This document shows positions 28,697 through 39,788 of a stretch of 64,000 nucleotides of DNA, in pieces. Made by a program: the position numbers and the translations under genes. This DNA is from Vampirovibrionaceae bacterium NZW_1234 (GTDB lineage Bacteria; Cyanobacteriota; Vampirovibrionia; Vampirovibrionales; JAGQHJ01), in contig JBGUGD010000014.1 in the NCBI GenBank assembly GCA_041697335.1, forward strand, positions 17,910 through 81,909. The letters are read 5' to 3'. Positions within the stretch are counted from its first letter, which is position 1, and every line of letters begins with the position of its first letter. The notes under the pieces are model-generated. The model ran no database searches, was not told the origin of the DNA, and saw nothing but the letters and a program-made list of their open reading frames with translations.

Positions 28697-29665
28697 ATGC
28701 CTTGGGATGTCACGGCATTACATTCTGCCAATAATAGTTGTTTTTATAGCCCTAAAACTCAAAATTTCACTCATAGCGTTCCCAGGATCGCTTCTAAACA
28801 CGATGGGATTTATTTTGGAAAGGCAATAACCCTGATCCCCATCACACGCCTGGTCATTGATGGCAAGCCAACTCCCCAATCAGCGGAACAAAGCTTGCTT
28901 CTGGCTTTAAAACAGTGGCCCAAAGGAACACGTTCTACCTTTTTGATGACTCCAGGCGGTTTCCTAACCGTCCAGGCAGCCACAAATGTCTTTCGAAAAA
29001 CCGGATGGGAAAGCCAACCCGTAGACTTGGCACGGGCCAAAAACCTGGCAGAGGAGGCTATTAAGACAACCCTGACACAGGAATTCTACCGCGCAGCTCA
29101 GTCCAAGATTCGTTACCTGACCCTGGGCGTGGATGTTGTGACAGATACGACCTTCAAGACACCTCATGCGGAACTGGTCGCCGTTGTTGACATTCAACAG
29201 CGAAAAATCGTCCACTGGACAGGGAAGTCTTATCCCCACAGTAAGCAGGAACACACGCTGGTCCACGAAACCAATCTCAACAGTCATCTCTTTACCACAG
29301 ATACCCAAGACAAAGTGTTGATTTTGGGCTGCCACGACCTCAATCTGTTTAGCCCTCGCGCATTTCATAACCAAAGTCCCGGCAGCATGCGGCGTCGCAG
29401 GACCGAAGCTATGGAAACCACTGTGGCACCTCACCCGGATATCCGGTTCATTCTCCAACACCCACACGGCACAGATACCCCCAATATCTGGCGTGGTGCC
29501 TGGAGTGCCATCCAGCGTAAATTTCCCCATCTTACCGCCTGGGCCAGCGCCGTTGGCTATTTCAACTTCAATGGCGGCAAGCCAAGGCAGCCTCTGGCAC
29601 GTGTTCTCACCCAAACCCGAGACAGCGCCCAGCACGTTCAGGACATCGTGGTGAAGCTCCCTTGA
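28697..29665 (+). CDS. Hypothetical protein
   Basis: 322 aa with no motif recognised. The overlapping antisense ORF 28964..29779 is judged spurious. Confidence 0.35.
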   Translation: MPWDVTALHSANNSCFYSPKTQNFTHSVPRIASKHDGIYFGKAITLIPITRLVIDGKPTPQSAEQSLLLALKQWPKGTRSTFLMTPGGFLTVQAATNVFRKTGWESQPVDLARAKNLAEEAIKTTLTQEFYRAAQSKIRYLTLGVDVVTDTTFKTPHAELVAVVDIQQRKIVHWTGKSYPHSKQEHTLVHETNLNSHLFTTDTQDKVLILGCHDLNLFSPRAFHNQSPGSMRRRRTEAMETTVAPHPDIRFILQHPHGTDTPNIWRGAWSAIQRKFPHLTAWASAVGYFNFNGGKPRQPLARVLTQTRDSAQHVQDIVVKLP

Positions 29666-29730
29666 GGTTTCCAGCGTCTTATGGGATAGTCTAAACAAAG
29701 CGTTCACCCCAACCTCTGGAAAATGCCTCA

Positions 29731-30459
29731 ATGCCCTCAACTGTCCCAAAAGCTCAGACAATAGCCCCCTCCAAGTCACCGGACGTTATTTCAGGGATGT
29801 TCAACCGCATCGCCAAGACCTATGACTTGTTGAATGATTGCATGACCGGCGGCATGCACCGGATTTGGAAGCAACAAGCCTGCCAGGCTCTCCAACTAAA
29901 GCCAGGCCAGCGTGTTTTGGATGTGTGCACAGGCACCGGGGATTTGGCCTCCTATCTCAGCACCCTGGTTGGCCCTCAAGGCCAGGTGACCGGCATCGAT
30001 TTTTCTGCCCAAATGCTGCATGTGGCCCGCAAACGCTTTGGACACATTCCCCAGATCGATTGGATCCAGGGCGACGCTCTGGCCTTGCCCTTTGAAGACA
30101 ACTGTTTTGATGGATGCATCATTAGTTTTGGTTTACGCAATGTATCTTCCGTGGAACAAGCCTTGTCTGAAATGGCTCGTGTGACGCGCCCCGGCGGCTG
30201 GGTGATCAACCTGGATACCGCTTCGGACTGTAAAAATCCGTTATTTTGGCTTTATTTTTCAACCATCATGCCTCTTTTAGGCAAACTCCTTGCCCGGGAT
30301 CAACAGGCCTACCAATACTTATGCCGATCGACCCAAAGTTTTGCCCCGCCGCCTCAGTTGGCCCAAACCCTCTCTGGCCTTGGGCTTCAGGATGTCGAAA
30401 TCGTTTACATGGGATTCGGTTCGGTATCCTATCAACGAGGCCAAAAGCCTTTAGCTTAA
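29731..30459 (+). CDS. ubiE: Demethylmenaquinone / ubiquinone C-methyltransferase (UbiE/MenG family)
   Basis: VISGMFNRIAKTYDLLNDCMTGGMHRIWK (the UbiE N-terminal block), the SAM motif VLDVCTGTGD, and ALPFEDNCFD. Confidence 0.85.
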   Translation: MPSTVPKAQTIAPSKSPDVISGMFNRIAKTYDLLNDCMTGGMHRIWKQQACQALQLKPGQRVLDVCTGTGDLASYLSTLVGPQGQVTGIDFSAQMLHVARKRFGHIPQIDWIQGDALALPFEDNCFDGCIISFGLRNVSSVEQALSEMARVTRPGGWVINLDTASDCKNPLFWLYFSTIMPLLGKLLARDQQAYQYLCRSTQSFAPPPQLAQTLSGLGLQDVEIVYMGFGSVSYQRGQKPLA

Positions 30460-30826
30460 AGCCTGATTTCTATAATGAATCACATTCACAAAGTATTTAC
30501 CTGGACTTACAGGTTTAAAAAGCGGGCTTTTTTGGAATAATAGTAAAAACGACATTTACCTTCAACAAAAAGGACATCCCACAACCCATGACAACAAAAG
30601 CACTGCCCTGAGGCCCAACTCAATCTGGATAGATATGGACAAAACGCGTCGAATTTCTCCAGCTTCTACAGCTAAAACCCGAAAAACCTCACAGAGAAAT
30701 GATTTCGCCAGATCGACGCAAGCAAAAACGACGCGAACTCGACGCGATTTCAACGCTGTTTTGTCGATCAACCATCGATCAAACGTCGATCAATCCCACG
30801 CTTCCTCTCTGCCGGGTCCACGTTTT

Positions 30827-31141
30827 TCAGGAGGAAACCTCGTTAAACTGATGAGGCTTTATCTGGTGCAGCCAACGACCAAACTGCCACCGCTCATAGC
30901 TTTCGCAATAAAAATACAGGGTCTTCAACAGCGTGTCACCGGTCGAAGACTTACCAATAAACACCGGATGCCCTGCCAATTCAAATAATTCGATTTCCGT
31001 ATGGATCACCTTGCTCACCTGGGTAGAGGGTGTTGGCTCAGCAAGGACGTTTAACAGCCAGGCATGAAGTATTTCGACAGCCGAGCTGTCCATGTCTTCA
31101 AACTGGTCTTTTAAAACATCGCTAAAGGCTTCTAAAATCAT
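30827..31141 (-). CDS. Hypothetical protein
   Basis: 104 aa with no motif. Confidence 0.3.
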   Translation of the reverse strand: MILEAFSDVLKDQFEDMDSSAVEILHAWLLNVLAEPTPSTQVSKVIHTEIELFELAGHPVFIGKSSTGDTLLKTLYFYCESYERWQFGRWLHQIKPHQFNEVSS

Positions 31142-31191
31142 ACCGTTCTCTTACGCTCCCCCACCATCCAGGGGTCCATACGAATTAGACT

Positions 31192-31911
31192 CTATTGTAC
31201 CAGACCGGGTTCCATAGGGACTGAATGATAGCAAACCCCACGGACACAATACTTCAGATGCACGACTTGCGGATGCACCGGATCTCCGGGCTCAACAACC
31301 AACTCCACAGTCGACTCCCCTTTTTTCAACTTCTTGAGTGGGGCCGACGAAGATTTGACAGGCAAAACCACCTCAATACTTCCCTTTTGTTTGACCACTA
31401 AGCAAACTTGGGCGCCTGCTCCGTCGTCTCGCCCTGAATCCTCTTGGGAGCCGATTTCCGGATACTGCTTTCGTTTCTTCGGCTTATCGCCATCATCAGC
31501 GTGGGGTGTTCGAAAATGCTCTTTACCCGCTTCAAAACTTCGCACCGGAACTTCCGGCCGGGTTTTCTGCAAGTGCTTATTAATGGTTTCGTCAATAATA
31601 TCCAACTTAACGTGGTGGTAGCCTGTCGGCAAGGTAATTTCTCCAACCTGAAGGGGTTGGTAAACCAAGAGCAAGGCATAGGGAGAATAATGTTGCCGAT
31701 AGTAATCCTGAAATTCTTTGAAGTCGGTATTTTCATATGGCGGGACCGGCAGCGGGTAAAACTCCCTTGGCGTCTTAACGGTTGATTTTCCCACAGTGCT
31801 TCGGGGATCAATAATATAGCTACTCTCATATTCAGCCCAGGCGGCCCATCCTGAGTTCAGGATCAGCACCAAGAATACAACCAAAGAAATTGGGCGAACT
31901 AGCCAGGGCAT
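31192..31911 (-). CDS. Secreted hypothetical protein (signal peptide)
   Basis: Start taken at [26 protein letters not shown] (signal-peptide-like). There is a KPKKRK basic patch. Confidence 0.4.
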   Translation of the reverse strand: MPWLVRPISLVVFLVLILNSGWAAWAEYESSYIIDPRSTVGKSTVKTPREFYPLPVPPYENTDFKEFQDYYRQHYSPYALLLVYQPLQVGEITLPTGYHHVKLDIIDETINKHLQKTRPEVPVRSFEAGKEHFRTPHADDGDKPKKRKQYPEIGSQEDSGRDDGAGAQVCLVVKQKGSIEVVLPVKSSSAPLKKLKKGESTVELVVEPGDPVHPQVVHLKYCVRGVCYHSVPMEPGLVQ

Positions 31912-32591
31912 GGAGCAGGGTTTCCTTGCGGCCAACGCAATTGATCGATCACTGTTTTCATATCGACCGATGCGTTAAAAACTGCAGACCCCGCAACTAA
32001 AACCTGGGCTCCCGCGTCGCGGATGGCTTGGGCATTTTTGGGCGACACCCCGCCATCGACTTCGATAAAAATATTCCGCCCAGCCACCATGGCCTTTAAA
32101 CGCCGGAGCTTGTCCAGGGTGGAGGGAATAAAAGATTGCCCGCCAAACCCGGGACTGACCGACATAATCAAGACCAGATCCACAATGTCGAGAACTTCTT
32201 CCAGGACCACCAAGGGCGTCGACGGGTTCAAAGAGACACCTGCCAGGGCCCCCAATTCTTTAATCTGATGCAAGGTCCGATTCAAATGGGGGCAAGCTTC
32301 GGCATGGACCGTAATCACGTCGGCTCCCGCTGCCTTGAAGTCCGCCAAATAGCGCTCAGGTTTCTCAATCATCAAATGCACATCAAAGGGAAGCTTGCTG
32401 TAATGGCGAAGGCTTTCAATGACCGGGGGTCCAATGGTCAGATTGGGCACAAAATGCCCATCCATCACATCCACATGAATCCAATCCGCCTGGGCGTCTT
32501 CGAGATCCCGCAAGGCCTCAGCCAGGCGAGCAAAATCTGCTGAAAGTATGGATGGTGAAACCAGCGGACGGTCCGTATAGGTCAGCGCCAT
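31899..32591 (-). CDS. rpe: Ribulose-phosphate 3-epimerase
   Basis: [27 protein letters not shown] and [10 protein letters not shown] blocks. Start trimmed to MALTYTD. Confidence 0.85.
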   Translation of the reverse strand: MALTYTDRPLVSPSILSADFARLAEALRDLEDAQADWIHVDVMDGHFVPNLTIGPPVIESLRHYSKLPFDVHLMIEKPERYLADFKAAGADVITVHAEACPHLNRTLHQIKELGALAGVSLNPSTPLVVLEEVLDIVDLVLIMSVSPGFGGQSFIPSTLDKLRRLKAMVAGRNIFIEVDGGVSPKNAQAIRDAGAQVLVAGSAVFNASVDMKTVIDQLRWPQGNPAPCPG

Positions 32592-32723
32592 GGAAAGCCC
32601 CTCGTCTTGTTGCCAATGCTCTTCGATTGTACCACTTGAAGGGTTTGATTCACACCTGAACAAAAGCGCCCCCAAATAGGCAGGCGCTTTTCCAAATCTC
32701 CACAGTAAACCGTGTACCCAAAT

Positions 32724-32960
32724 CTAGCCCATACCTAGCGTCCGTTTTTCTTGATCAGGATTCTGGTTCATCATGCCAAAGTTATCCGGCTTCTTATCGG
32801 ACCAGCCAGCCACATAAGCCATTTGATCCTTGAAGCCCTTTTGACCCGGTAAATTTACATTCTCGGAATTTTGCGTCGATTGCGTATTATTTAAAAACGG
32901 ATTTCCCGATACTGCCTTAGTCGGATCGAATCCCATTCTCATATGCCTTGCGTCCTCCAT
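32724..32960 (-). CDS. Small hypothetical protein
   Basis: 78-aa ORF, weakly supported. Confidence 0.2.
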   Translation of the reverse strand: MEDARHMRMGFDPTKAVSGNPFLNNTQSTQNSENVNLPGQKGFKDQMAYVAGWSDKKPDNFGMMNQNPDQEKRTLGMG

Positions 32961-33424
32961 CTGCTAAAAAGTGTCTTAACGCTGACGTCTCTCAACCAAT
33001 ACCAGGAGCATCGTCTTGAATACGATTTTGGCCGATGTCCACTTGGTATTTGTATAAAAACAGATCACGCCAACCTTCGTGATACTCCAAGGCCCAATTT
33101 AATAGACTCTTTAGAATGATTAGGGCTCTAAAAAAGCCCCTTATTAAGGCAGTATCACTTCATCCGCTGATTTCTGCATCTCACCTCTTAATAAAATGTC
33201 TCAACAGCGTCCAAAAAGTGCCTTTCAATTGACATCCTGGTTGATATCACAACCAATATCACAGCGTACACAATAATATATCTATTTTCCTCAAAGCTCA
33301 ATATAGGTACTTTTTAGCAGATCATCAATGCTCTGCTGGGCCCGTGTAAAAATCAAAACGAGGTGCCTTGGACACCTCGTTTTGTTTACTTGGATTCATG
33401 TGATTTAATGGATACCCGAATTTG

Positions 33425-34108
33425 TTATCGCACCCAGGGTACAATGACCCCACGTTTGGCCATCTCACAGGCAAACAAAATGCCATTGGCACTGTAAATC
33501 CAGCGATTCCGAGGAATTTGCTCAGAAAGCGGCCGGAAGTATTGCTGTAAAGACGGATCCTGCAACCAAGCCGGGTTAAACCCTTCCGGTAAACCATAGG
33601 GATTATTGGCCGGAAGTCCACCGCCCATTCCAAAGCCAGGCGTTCCAGTAATCCCAGGCGTTACCACCCCAGGAACACCAATGGCAGGCATGCCTGTAAT
33701 TCCCACGGTGGGTGCCGCCCCAAAGCCAACTCCTGGTGTCACGCCATAAGAGTATCCAGGTATAACACCTGTCGCTCCATAAGGAGCATAGCCACCTGCG
33801 ACACCGGGCATCACAGTCGCCCCGTAAGGTGCATAACCTGAAACGACGCCAGGCATCGTTGGAACGCTACCCCCAGCAGACATGGCTCCAAGAGGCAACG
33901 TAAAGGTTATGCTTGTGGGAGCACCGGCTCCAGCCGAAATCATTGGGAAAGTTGTCCCTGCGGGAACACCACCTGTGGATCCACTGAATAGAATAGGTGC
34001 ACCGACACCCGGACTGCCACCAATTGCTCCCCCAGTGGGATTAGACCCAACGCTGCAGTTAAAATTAAACGTGCAGCTCATTTGCATATAACTCATGCTG
34101 TCCTCCAA
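33425..34108 (-). CDS. Gly/Pro/Ala/Tyr-rich low-complexity protein
   Basis: Repeats such as GYAPYGAT and GVxPGxxG. An AT-rich putative promoter region lies upstream (34109..34401). Confidence 0.4.
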   Translation of the reverse strand: MEDSMSYMQMSCTFNFNCSVGSNPTGGAIGGSPGVGAPILFSGSTGGVPAGTTFPMISAGAGAPTSITFTLPLGAMSAGGSVPTMPGVVSGYAPYGATVMPGVAGGYAPYGATGVIPGYSYGVTPGVGFGAAPTVGITGMPAIGVPGVVTPGITGTPGFGMGGGLPANNPYGLPEGFNPAWLQDPSLQQYFRPLSEQIPRNRWIYSANGILFACEMAKRGVIVPWVR

Positions 34109-34401
34109 AAGTCCCTGCGTGATTAACCCCTTGTATCATCCGAAATGAGAAAAATGATTTTCTATATGTACAAAAACAAATTTTTTATTAATACTGACCA
34201 TTTGTTAATATTTTTTTTAAACTTGTTACAATCCGCTAAAAAACCGAACCACGCATATTTCAACCATATTTTTATATAAACAATAATTAAAAATCTTTAG
34301 CCTTCACTCACCTCTGATTCAAGCGGGGCACTAATTATTACAACCAAAAGCCCTTGCTTTGTACTCAGAGCAAGGGCTTGAAACTTTTGATAAGGTTGCC
34401 T

Positions 34402-35043
34402 CTAGTAGGTATACACCAGCTTTTCTTGAGCTTCCCGGATACGGGCATACTCAGGATCCTTGAAAAAGGCCGAGGCAGCGGTAGACATCTTCCGGCTGTA
34501 CTTGGTCAATTTCTTTTGACCATAGGGCAGGCGGGTTTCAACACTTTGGAAGAAACACAATTGCCCAATTCGAACCCCAGGATAAAGCTGAATCGGAACA
34601 GTACTCACGTTCGACAACTCAAAGGTCAACGCGCCCGAAAACCCGGGATCGACAAAACCCGCCGTGGCATGAATCTGTAACCCCAGTCTACCCCAGGTGC
34701 TGCGACCTTCCAAACGAGCCGCCAAATCCAGGGGGATGGAAAGGTATTCCAACGTTGACGCCAATGCAAACTCACCCGGGTGCAACACAAAGGGTTGGGT
34801 CGGATTGACCTTTACCGCCGACATGTATTTACCCATATCCCGAGCCACCTGGTCCGGCGCATTTACCAAATCCAGGTGCGTAATGTTGGACCGGTGGAGG
34901 ACCTGAAAGTCCGTCCCCAGACGAACATCCACCGAGGTTGGGCCAAATTGCTCTTCAGGATAAATCATCGGTGTAATAATAATCCGCCGTTCCGGATCCG
35001 GATCGAGCAAGCGTTCTAAAATCTGGATTTCGTTAAGAATCAT
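34402..35043 (-). CDS. dcd: dCTP deaminase
   Basis: GFVDPGFSGALTFEL and a GQLCFF-like C-terminus. About 190-200 aa, which is typical for Dcd. Confidence 0.8.
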   Translation of the reverse strand: MILNEIQILERLLDPDPERRIIITPMIYPEEQFGPTSVDVRLGTDFQVLHRSNITHLDLVNAPDQVARDMGKYMSAVKVNPTQPFVLHPGEFALASTLEYLSIPLDLAARLEGRSTWGRLGLQIHATAGFVDPGFSGALTFELSNVSTVPIQLYPGVRIGQLCFFQSVETRLPYGQKKLTKYSRKMSTAASAFFKDPEYARIREAQEKLVYTY

Positions 35044-35063
35044 CGGGACGAAAACTCCTTTCT

Positions 35064-36350
35064 CTACACCGGCATTAAGGCATCACTTTCCTCAAAGGAA
35101 AGCACGCGATGCACTTCGGCAATCTCGATACTCTTGAGCAGAATGTTATCCAACTCCGCGATACGAGTGCGAAAGACACTCCATTCATCCTGTGGCGCCA
35201 TTAACACCGCTTGCAACCAGGCAGGAGACTGATCCAGTTTATGCAGCCACCCGGCATTAATAATCTCTCTGGGTGATGCTGGCGTTTCCTGAATTTGATG
35301 CAAGATACCATAGACATCAATACCTTCCTGCTCCAGCTTCTGAAGATCCTCACGCAACTGAGCAGGGCTGCCTAGCATCGGCACAGCGCTAATGAGCATC
35401 CCGCGTTCAAGGCGTTCTTCCAGCAATTGACTCTTAAGCAAGGCTTTTTCTGTATACGCCAAGCGTTCCGGAATCACTTTTTCAATGGCTTTCAGGATGC
35501 GATCGGCCACATCTTCTTTACCAAACAGTTGCACAACACTATGGGCTTCTTCGGATACCGGCAAAGACTGCCGCAGACGCTCCAAGGACTGATGAAGAAT
35601 GACCAGATCCTTATTCACCAGACCGAAGCGGTTTAAAGCTTGAAATAAGACCGGCTCCACAGCCTGTAAAACACTAAACTGCTTCAATTCCAAGCTCTTC
35701 AAGACAAAGTAGGCATAATAACCGGGCCCTAACAAACGCAGATTGAGGACCGGGGTAATATACTTTGCTTCTGACTGAGGCACCCCAATTTCCTCAAACA
35801 ACGAGGCCATTTGAATCGACTGAACGGAAAAATACTCGGTAAAACGATCAGCCAGTCCAAACCACGGCAACGGGCTTTGGGCGTCCAAGATGGGGAGGCT
35901 TGACACGATTAAGGACTCAAACGTAGGCAAGTCAGCCTGCTGAGCCTGAGACTCCACGGGAATCACAACCACACCAGGCGCATCCGGCACAAGCTTGGTT
36001 AGCCCAAGGCTGTTGAGATAGAGTTCGGTCTCGGGCAAGACTTCACGCTTCTTCAATTGATACAACGCTTTTCTTACCGGCGCCAAGGAACTGCGGATTT
36101 CAGGAAAAATACTGTTAATACAGTCGTGGATAAACGCCTCGTCCAGCGTGGCTTCCTGGAATGCCAGCAAAAACTGCTCCCGCTGAGCAAAAACACGCTC
36201 TTTAACCCCTTCCATATGGCGCACCAATTGGGTGACATAGGGCAAAATGTTGGCCTCTGCCTGATTTTCCAATTCGTTGAGTTGAAGCTCTAAGCGGCCA
36301 ATTTCCTCTAACAACTCATATAGCAGGCGTTTTAGCAATATTTTATTCAT
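35064..36350 (-). CDS. Hypothetical protein (N-terminal coiled-coil)
   Basis: 428 aa with no motif recognised. Confidence 0.4.
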   Translation of the reverse strand: MNKILLKRLLYELLEEIGRLELQLNELENQAEANILPYVTQLVRHMEGVKERVFAQREQFLLAFQEATLDEAFIHDCINSIFPEIRSSLAPVRKALYQLKKREVLPETELYLNSLGLTKLVPDAPGVVVIPVESQAQQADLPTFESLIVSSLPILDAQSPLPWFGLADRFTEYFSVQSIQMASLFEEIGVPQSEAKYITPVLNLRLLGPGYYAYFVLKSLELKQFSVLQAVEPVLFQALNRFGLVNKDLVILHQSLERLRQSLPVSEEAHSVVQLFGKEDVADRILKAIEKVIPERLAYTEKALLKSQLLEERLERGMLISAVPMLGSPAQLREDLQKLEQEGIDVYGILHQIQETPASPREIINAGWLHKLDQSPAWLQAVLMAPQDEWSVFRTRIAELDNILLKSIEIAEVHRVLSFEESDALMPV

Positions 36351-36587
36351 GGGTGGATTAGCCTATCTTTGTCTTGTGACGCTATGATCTCAGTGACAGT
36401 GTGTATTACCGGCCCCGGATGAAGCCCGTCCGCTACGGACATCACCGACTGCTTTATACATCCCCTGAACTGTTCTTTTTTATACATCACCGGGTAATGC
36501 CACGGAGTCAACCTGAGTGGGGGGATACCACTTGCACCCTAAGTATAGGGAGGACTCCCCCCTGCGACAAGCAAAAGCATGCGTTTG

Positions 36588-37925
36588 TTAAGTAAAGCTT
36601 TGATAAGTGCCCATGGCATCGTAGCACGCACCGCCAGTATACAAGGATCCGGTCACCACTTTCAGCTTGCCTCTTGGGCAGGGTTCTTCTAGGAACTGGG
36701 CAATACTCTGGAGATCAAGATTCACACCGGATGGCAACCTCGGTTCCAAAGCCTTGCTCAAGTTCTCAGGCGAATGGTAGCGATGCACATCCACATCCGC
36801 CAGCACAGTAACCCGACTTGTGGCAGGATAAGCAAGTAGCGGAGCCAAAAGCCCTGGGTCGCGATTTTTCAGCAAACTGATCCCCCAGTGAACCGAGATG
36901 CCGGAAAAATCAGCCGAAAGCGTTTCCAAAAGGGTCTCGATACCCGCTGCATTATGAGAACCATCAATTATAAGCCGCTTTTCCGGATCATACTGGAAGC
37001 GTGCGGGCCAGGTAACATGAGCCAACCCAGCATCCCGTTGTGAAGCAGACCATGGCAAGACAGAGGCCAAGGCTTCCAGAACAGAAAGAACCACAGCCAG
37101 GTTCATGGCCTGATAACGCCCCAGCAACGACAAGTAGAACTCCTCCCCTGTGGGCAGATATTTAACTTGACGCAAAAATCGCCCCTCTTTGAAAACCAGC
37201 GGGCCCAATTCCACTTGATTCGGCTGTACCCATTGTAATCGGGCCTCAATCCGGCGGGCCTGAGCTTCAATCACAACCGCCGCATCGTGTGACTGCAACG
37301 GACTAAACACCAAGCCCCCGGGCTTCATTACCGCCGCTTTCTCCGAGGCAATCTGTCCCAGGGTCTGCCCCAATCGCTCCATATGATCGAAGGACACCGA
37401 AGTCACAATCACAGCGTCGGGGGCAGCCAGCACATTGGTGGAATCCAGTCGTCCCCCCAAGCCCGCCTCGATAACAGCAATATCGACTTGCTGTTCTTGA
37501 AACAGCCAGAAAGCCATTACGGTTAAAAACTCGAAATAGGTCAGCCAGTCTTGTGGCTCGGGCAGAGCAACCAGCATCGCTTCCTGACAAACTTGAGCCG
37601 CTTGCACAAACAAGGCCTCCGACACGGGCAAAGCGTTTAGCCGGATACGTTCTTTCACATCCTGCAAATGGGGACTGGTGAACAACCCCACCCGATAGCC
37701 AGCATGGGTATACACGGACGACAGCATGGCACTCACCGATCCTTTGCCATTGGTCCCAACCACATGAATACTTCGGACCCTGTCCTGGGGGGTATTCAAT
37801 TCAGCCAAAACCCTGGCCACGCGCTCGGTGCCCAGCTTCATTACAGAAACATCCAATTGGTTCAGGTAAGCCTCTACCTGCCCTTGGGACTCAAATGGCA
37901 CTCTTGTATCAGTCAACACCATCAC
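36588..37925 (-). CDS. folC: Folylpolyglutamate synthase / dihydrofolate synthase (Mur ligase family)
   Basis: HVVGTNGKGSVSAMLSSV...TSPHL P-loop block and overall Mur-ligase layout. Confidence 0.75.
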   Translation of the reverse strand: MMVLTDTRVPFESQGQVEAYLNQLDVSVMKLGTERVARVLAELNTPQDRVRSIHVVGTNGKGSVSAMLSSVYTHAGYRVGLFTSPHLQDVKERIRLNALPVSEALFVQAAQVCQEAMLVALPEPQDWLTYFEFLTVMAFWLFQEQQVDIAVIEAGLGGRLDSTNVLAAPDAVIVTSVSFDHMERLGQTLGQIASEKAAVMKPGGLVFSPLQSHDAAVVIEAQARRIEARLQWVQPNQVELGPLVFKEGRFLRQVKYLPTGEEFYLSLLGRYQAMNLAVVLSVLEALASVLPWSASQRDAGLAHVTWPARFQYDPEKRLIIDGSHNAAGIETLLETLSADFSGISVHWGISLLKNRDPGLLAPLLAYPATSRVTVLADVDVHRYHSPENLSKALEPRLPSGVNLDLQSIAQFLEEPCPRGKLKVVTGSLYTGGACYDAMGTYQSFT

Positions 37926-38018
37926 TGCGCTTGAGATACATTCTCTGGAAACAATCCAACTCAGCTCTCATCATGGCATAAAGACAATCGCTCTGAACAC
38001 ATCGGTCCAAAGAGAGAC

Positions 38019-39128
38019 TTAAACCAATTCCCGAGACTTTCCAGTCTGCTCTAAGCGCTGTACCTTGGTTTCTACTAAGGACGCCAGTCGCTTGGCATCA
38101 TGTACAGGAACCGTTTGTACCTCCGGAGCTTGATTTAGCCGCAACCAAGTTCCATTAGGCAAGCCTACGGTCTGATATAAGTTTGCTCTTCGCCCCGAAG
38201 CATCTAACCAGCTACGCGGGTGTAACGATAAACGAGCCCCATTAGGCAGGCTCAAGGCATCCTGATCCACCCTCAGGCCCAATATCGGAGCAACAAATCG
38301 GGCAAAACCACGAATGGCCAAACCTTGCAACGGATGTTCCATGGGAACGAAACCCGCCTGTTGAGGATTCTCTTGAGACAGTACGCGAAGCACATCGCCG
38401 GCTTGATGAACCCATCGTGGTGTAGCCCGTTCCCAGCCGGCTGTTGCATAAGCCATATCGAGTTGATGGAAGAACTGGGGCTTAATCATTTGGCCGGTAA
38501 GATGATGCAAATCAACCTGAGTCAGGCGGGGAGCAGACTCTTTCAACGGTGCTGAATTTTTTGATGTTAACGAACGACCAAAGACAGGCCAACTGGATGT
38601 ATACAGACGGGTCTTACCGGAAAACGGGTTTGAGACAGGGGTTGCAAATCGCTTAGCTTTCTTGGCAGACGGTTGTTTCTCTAACGCATCCGGTGACACA
38701 ACACGCTGTGGCGCCATCGCCTCGTTTAAGGCCGATTCAAACGGGTTGGATGTCTGTGACACCGTTCCCTTGGAAACCCTGGGCTTAGAAACGAACCCTT
38801 GTTTTTGCGCTTCCTTGGGCTTGTCATCCGAAGCCCCAGAAACCCCATGAGGGTCTCGGGCCTGATCCATCTGTGGCTTTAAAAGCAGCACATCACGTTG
38901 ACTGGGGGGCAATACTTTGTCCCAAATCGGGGCGTGGTCATGATTGACGAACGTGAACATGAGCGGTTGCGGAGCCTTCTGAGCAAAAAGGGACATCACT
39001 TTTGCCCGGACCGAGTCGCCAGAAAAGAAGACATCTTTATGTTGTAAAAATTCCAAGCTCCGGCTTGGTTGCGACGCCTTCGGTTGGGTAAAAAAGGGAG
39101 CCGCATGTACACGAGACACAGGTCTCAT
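38019..39128 (-). CDS. Hypothetical Pro/Ser-rich protein downstream of pilO
   Basis: 369 aa. Not a secretin and has no signal peptide. Confidence 0.35.
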   Translation of the reverse strand: MRPVSRVHAAPFFTQPKASQPSRSLEFLQHKDVFFSGDSVRAKVMSLFAQKAPQPLMFTFVNHDHAPIWDKVLPPSQRDVLLLKPQMDQARDPHGVSGASDDKPKEAQKQGFVSKPRVSKGTVSQTSNPFESALNEAMAPQRVVSPDALEKQPSAKKAKRFATPVSNPFSGKTRLYTSSWPVFGRSLTSKNSAPLKESAPRLTQVDLHHLTGQMIKPQFFHQLDMAYATAGWERATPRWVHQAGDVLRVLSQENPQQAGFVPMEHPLQGLAIRGFARFVAPILGLRVDQDALSLPNGARLSLHPRSWLDASGRRANLYQTVGLPNGTWLRLNQAPEVQTVPVHDAKRLASLVETKVQRLEQTGKSRELV

Positions 39129-39245
39129 GGTAATCTCCTAACTCTCCGCTGAAGACACCCGTTGGGTATCGTTCCTACAATATACCGTAAATGATGATGA
39201 TTGTTTAGCAAAAGTTCATGAGAACCATGAGGGATTAACAATTCT

Positions 39246-39788
39246 TTACAAGGATTTCTCAATCACATACATATCCAACCGAACGACACCCAGCAGCATA
39301 GAGCCTTTATCCTCTTTGATTGTGGGGTCTTTTGCGGGCAATGAGCCCAGATTCTTCAGCTCTACCATTTGTACCACCACATTGGGAAAGTGCTGAATAA
39401 CCTGGGACAGAAATTTCTGGATGGAAAAATAGGGTCCACTCAACTGCACCGTAATAGGAATTCGCTTCACCATAGACGGAAACCGGGGATCAGAAACCGC
39501 CTTGGAAGGATCGCCTGCGATTTCAGTGAGATAAATCCCTGCTTCCACACTCTGGTTAAACAACGGAGATACAATACGAGACTGCCAGGCCTCTGTATGT
39601 TTTAAGCGAAGCTCCGGCAACGTCGCCAGTGGCTTGGGGATGTAATTAACCGGGTCATTCAACTCCACTTGATAACGTCCATGGGCTTCAATGGCCGGCT
39701 TGAGCACCAGCACCGAAATCACCGAGGAAGCAGCCAGCATGGCCAACAACAGAAACCATTGACGAAGCGTCAATCCGGATGTGCTCAT
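39246..39788 (-). CDS. pilO: Type IV pilus assembly protein PilO-like
   Basis: 180 aa with N-terminal TM LTLRQWFLLLAMLAASSVISVLVL followed by a periplasmic domain. Placed immediately after the PilM-N gene, with start and stop overlapping. Confidence 0.5.
   Translation of the reverse strand: MSTSGLTLRQWFLLLAMLAASSVISVLVLKPAIEAHGRYQVELNDPVNYIPKPLATLPELRLKHTEAWQSRIVSPLFNQSVEAGIYLTEIAGDPSKAVSDPRFPSMVKRIPITVQLSGPYFSIQKFLSQVIQHFPNVVVQMVELKNLGSLPAKDPTIKEDKGSMLLGVVRLDMYVIEKSL

Noticed and set aside
28964-29779. 271-aa minus-strand ORF overlapping the 28697..29665 gene and the ubiE start
   Set aside because: It is Cys/Gly/His-rich and non-protein-like, and it overlaps the confidently called ubiE N-terminus. 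It is likely spurious, although the sense-strand 322-aa gene itself is only weakly supported.
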